A DNA stretch of 26,688 bases from an uncultured bacterium (GTDB taxonomy: Bacteria; Abyssobacteria; SURF-5), in contig CAZSKP010000051.1 of assembly GCA_964607485.1 (NCBI GenBank), positions 1 through 26,688 of the forward strand, in the 5' to 3' direction. A program made the translations under genes and the position numbers. The notes under the pieces were generated by a model. The model worked only from the letters and a program-made list of their open reading frames with translations. It ran no database searches and was not told the DNA's origin. Shown in pieces: positions 24,753-26,688 of this stretch (the stretch's first letter is position 1; each line of letters opens with the position of its first letter).

Positions 24753-25781
24753 TTGGAAGCGAAGAGAGCTGCAGTCAGCATAGTGCGAGTGAAGGACAGC
24801 GTGAACGATGCCGTCAGAGAGGCGATGGAGCTCGCCCGATGGCGGGAATTCATCTCTCAAGGAGCCGACGTCTCGCTCAAAGTAAATCTCGGCTGGGACC
24901 TGTTTCTGCCCGGCGCGGTCACCGGCCCGTGGGTTCTCGAAGGCGTGATACGGACCATAAGGGACCACGTCGGGAAAATATACGTGGTCGAGTCGGACCA
25001 GGTGGTCGTCAACGTGGAGAAGGCATTGAGACAGACCCGCATCGACAAGATCTGCGAGCGCTACGGCGTGGAGTGGGTGAACATGACCCACGCCGAATTC
25101 CGCAGCGTCCCCATGCCGAACGGCATGGCGTTCGATGAGATACGTGTGCCCGAGATACTGCTGAGGACGCAGTTGATAACCATCCCCGCCATCAAGACAC
25201 ACAACAAGACGACGATAACGGGCGCAATCAAGAACCAGTGGGGGTGTCTCCCGAAGCTGCGCCACAACTACCACCTGGTTCTGGATGCGGCGCTCGCCGA
25301 CATCAATAATGCCGTGACGCCCCGGTTCGCCGTCATGGACGCCACCGTCGGGCTCGAGGGCAACAGCCCGAAGTCGGGGGAGCCGCGAGTGGTGGACAGG
25401 GTGCTTGCGTCGGGCGACTTCGTGGCGTTGGACACCGTCGTGGCCAAGATCCTCGGCTTCGACCCCGCGCAGGTACGGCATATCCAGAACTGTCACCAGC
25501 TCGAACTCGGCGTCGGGCGTCTCGACCAGATCGACGTTGTCGGCGACGACGACCTGAGTCTCAACCTGCACTTCAAGCCCGCGCGCCACAATCTTGTCTC
25601 ATGGGTCGAGCTCGCTCTCAGGAAATCGTTCGTGAAATGGCTGTTCTTCGACACTCCGATATTTACGCTCTGCTGCTGGGGAGCGAGGCTGTGGTATTAC
25701 GGCTGGTACTATCTCGTTCGGGGGAAAAGGCTGAAGGACAACATCGTCAAGAACACGCGTTACGGCGCCCAGTGGCTGTAG
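24753..25781 (+). CDS. DUF362 domain protein
   Basis: VSLKVNL, ITIPAIKTH...TITGAIKNQWG, VMDATVGLEGNSP and ASGDFVALDTV. Confidence 0.85.
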   Translation: MEAKRAAVSIVRVKDSVNDAVREAMELARWREFISQGADVSLKVNLGWDLFLPGAVTGPWVLEGVIRTIRDHVGKIYVVESDQVVVNVEKALRQTRIDKICERYGVEWVNMTHAEFRSVPMPNGMAFDEIRVPEILLRTQLITIPAIKTHNKTTITGAIKNQWGCLPKLRHNYHLVLDAALADINNAVTPRFAVMDATVGLEGNSPKSGEPRVVDRVLASGDFVALDTVVAKILGFDPAQVRHIQNCHQLELGVGRLDQIDVVGDDDLSLNLHFKPARHNLVSWVELALRKSFVKWLFFDTPIFTLCCWGARLWYYGWYYLVRGKRLKDNIVKNTRYGAQWL

Positions 25782-25799
25782 GAAAAGGTCGGTGGTGGA

Positions 25800-26688
25800 T
25801 TGAATATCGCTGTGATAGGCGGCGGCGTTTCGGGCTTGAGCGCCGCCTATTTTCTTCTCAAGCAGGGGCACAAGGTGACCGTATTCGAGCGCGACGAAGT
25901 GGCGGGCGGGCTGGCGGCCTCGTTCGATTTCGGCGGCAGCTTCATCGAGAAATACTACCATTTCATCTGCCTCGGCGACGACGACCTGATAGACCTGTGC
26001 AACGAGGTGGGCCTCGGCCGCAAGCTTTGCTGGCGGGCCACAAAGATGAGTTTCTTTTACAACGACAGGCTGTACTCGTTCGGCACGCCGCTGGACCTGC
26101 TCTTCTTCAAACCCGTGAGCGTGCTGGGAAGGATACGGTTCGGCTTCAACGTTATGTACGCGCGCTCGATGAAGAATTGGCAAGCCCTCGAAGACGAGCC
26201 TGCCAGCGTATGGCTCACGCGTCACATCGGCAAGCGGGCGTTCGATGTGATCTGGAAGCCTCTCCTGAAAATCAAGTTCGGCGAGTACGCCGACGAAGTG
26301 TCAGCCTCGTGGATGTGGCATCGCATCCATCGGGTGGCGAAATCGAGGAAGAAATTGATGCAGCGGGAGATGCTTGGCTATCTGGTGGGCGGCTCCAAAA
26401 TGCTGATCGATACGCTTTCGGAAAAAATCGCGCAGATGGGGGGAAAGGTGCAGACTTCCTCTGCGGTCAGCTCGGTGGTTGTGAAGAACGACGAGGTCAC
26501 GGGCATCAGGTGCAACGAACAGGCCATCGATTTCGACTGCGTCGTTTCGACGGTGTCGCTGCCGCTGTTGTGCCGCATGCTTCCCAAGGAGTGCGCGCAA
26601 TACCGGAGCGAGCTCGCGAGGGTAAGATACATCGGAGTCGTCTGCATGATACTGAAGCTTTCGCGGCCGCTCACGGACAGCTTCTGGG
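25800..26688 (+). CDS. FAD-dependent oxidoreductase (amine oxidase / protoporphyrinogen oxidase-like); runs off the window end
   Basis: Absent from the ORF track (no stop in window). Manual translation from TTG 25800 gives MNIAVIGGGVSGLSAAYFL...VTVFERDEVAGGLA...IEKYYHFI, with the GxGxxG dinucleotide-binding motif. Confidence 0.9.
   Translation, partial: MNIAVIGGGVSGLSAAYFLLKQGHKVTVFERDEVAGGLAASFDFGGSFIEKYYHFICLGDDDLIDLCNEVGLGRKLCWRATKMSFFYNDRLYSFGTPLDLLFFKPVSVLGRIRFGFNVMYARSMKNWQALEDEPASVWLTRHIGKRAFDVIWKPLLKIKFGEYADEVSASWMWHRIHRVAKSRKKLMQREMLGYLVGGSKMLIDTLSEKIAQMGGKVQTSSAVSSVVVKNDEVTGIRCNEQAIDFDCVVSTVSLPLLCRMLPKECAQYRSELARVRYIGVVCMILKLSRPLTDSFW

Overview
Bacterial chromosomal window with a GC-rich backbone (a sampled pyrG line is 63% GC). 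Backbone genes: a truncated secreted multicopper oxidase, cysE, an EFR1-type flavodoxin-ferredoxin, an MscS channel, a TetR plus O-methyltransferase pair, a ParA/Soj ATPase fused to a glycogen-binding CBM48 with a Cys-rich downstream partner, a polytopic membrane protein, a rhomboid protease, a GH38 alpha-mannosidase, a B12 radical SAM enzyme, pyrG, GDPD, DUF362 and a truncated FAD oxidoreductase. Two lower-GC inserts interrupt the backbone. The main candidate for an undescribed system is at 18869-23400: a tightly packed four-gene minus-strand operon encoding an intact SIR2-like NADase, a PRTase-fold protein, an unknown 436-aa protein ending in a beta-clamp-like motif, and a probable tandem winged-helix protein. 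It sits behind a perfect TTGACA-17-TATAAT promoter and is bracketed by direct heptamer-repeat tracts, which fits an anti-phage or conflict system. The smaller insert (6045-7251) carries a standalone HEPN-like gene and a membrane-anchored protein. Intergenic regions contain several REP-like families and a tandem NrdR-box-like pair upstream of the ParA-CBM gene. I saw no tRNA, rRNA, CRISPR array, integrase or transposase. All family calls come from motif recognition by eye, not database searches.
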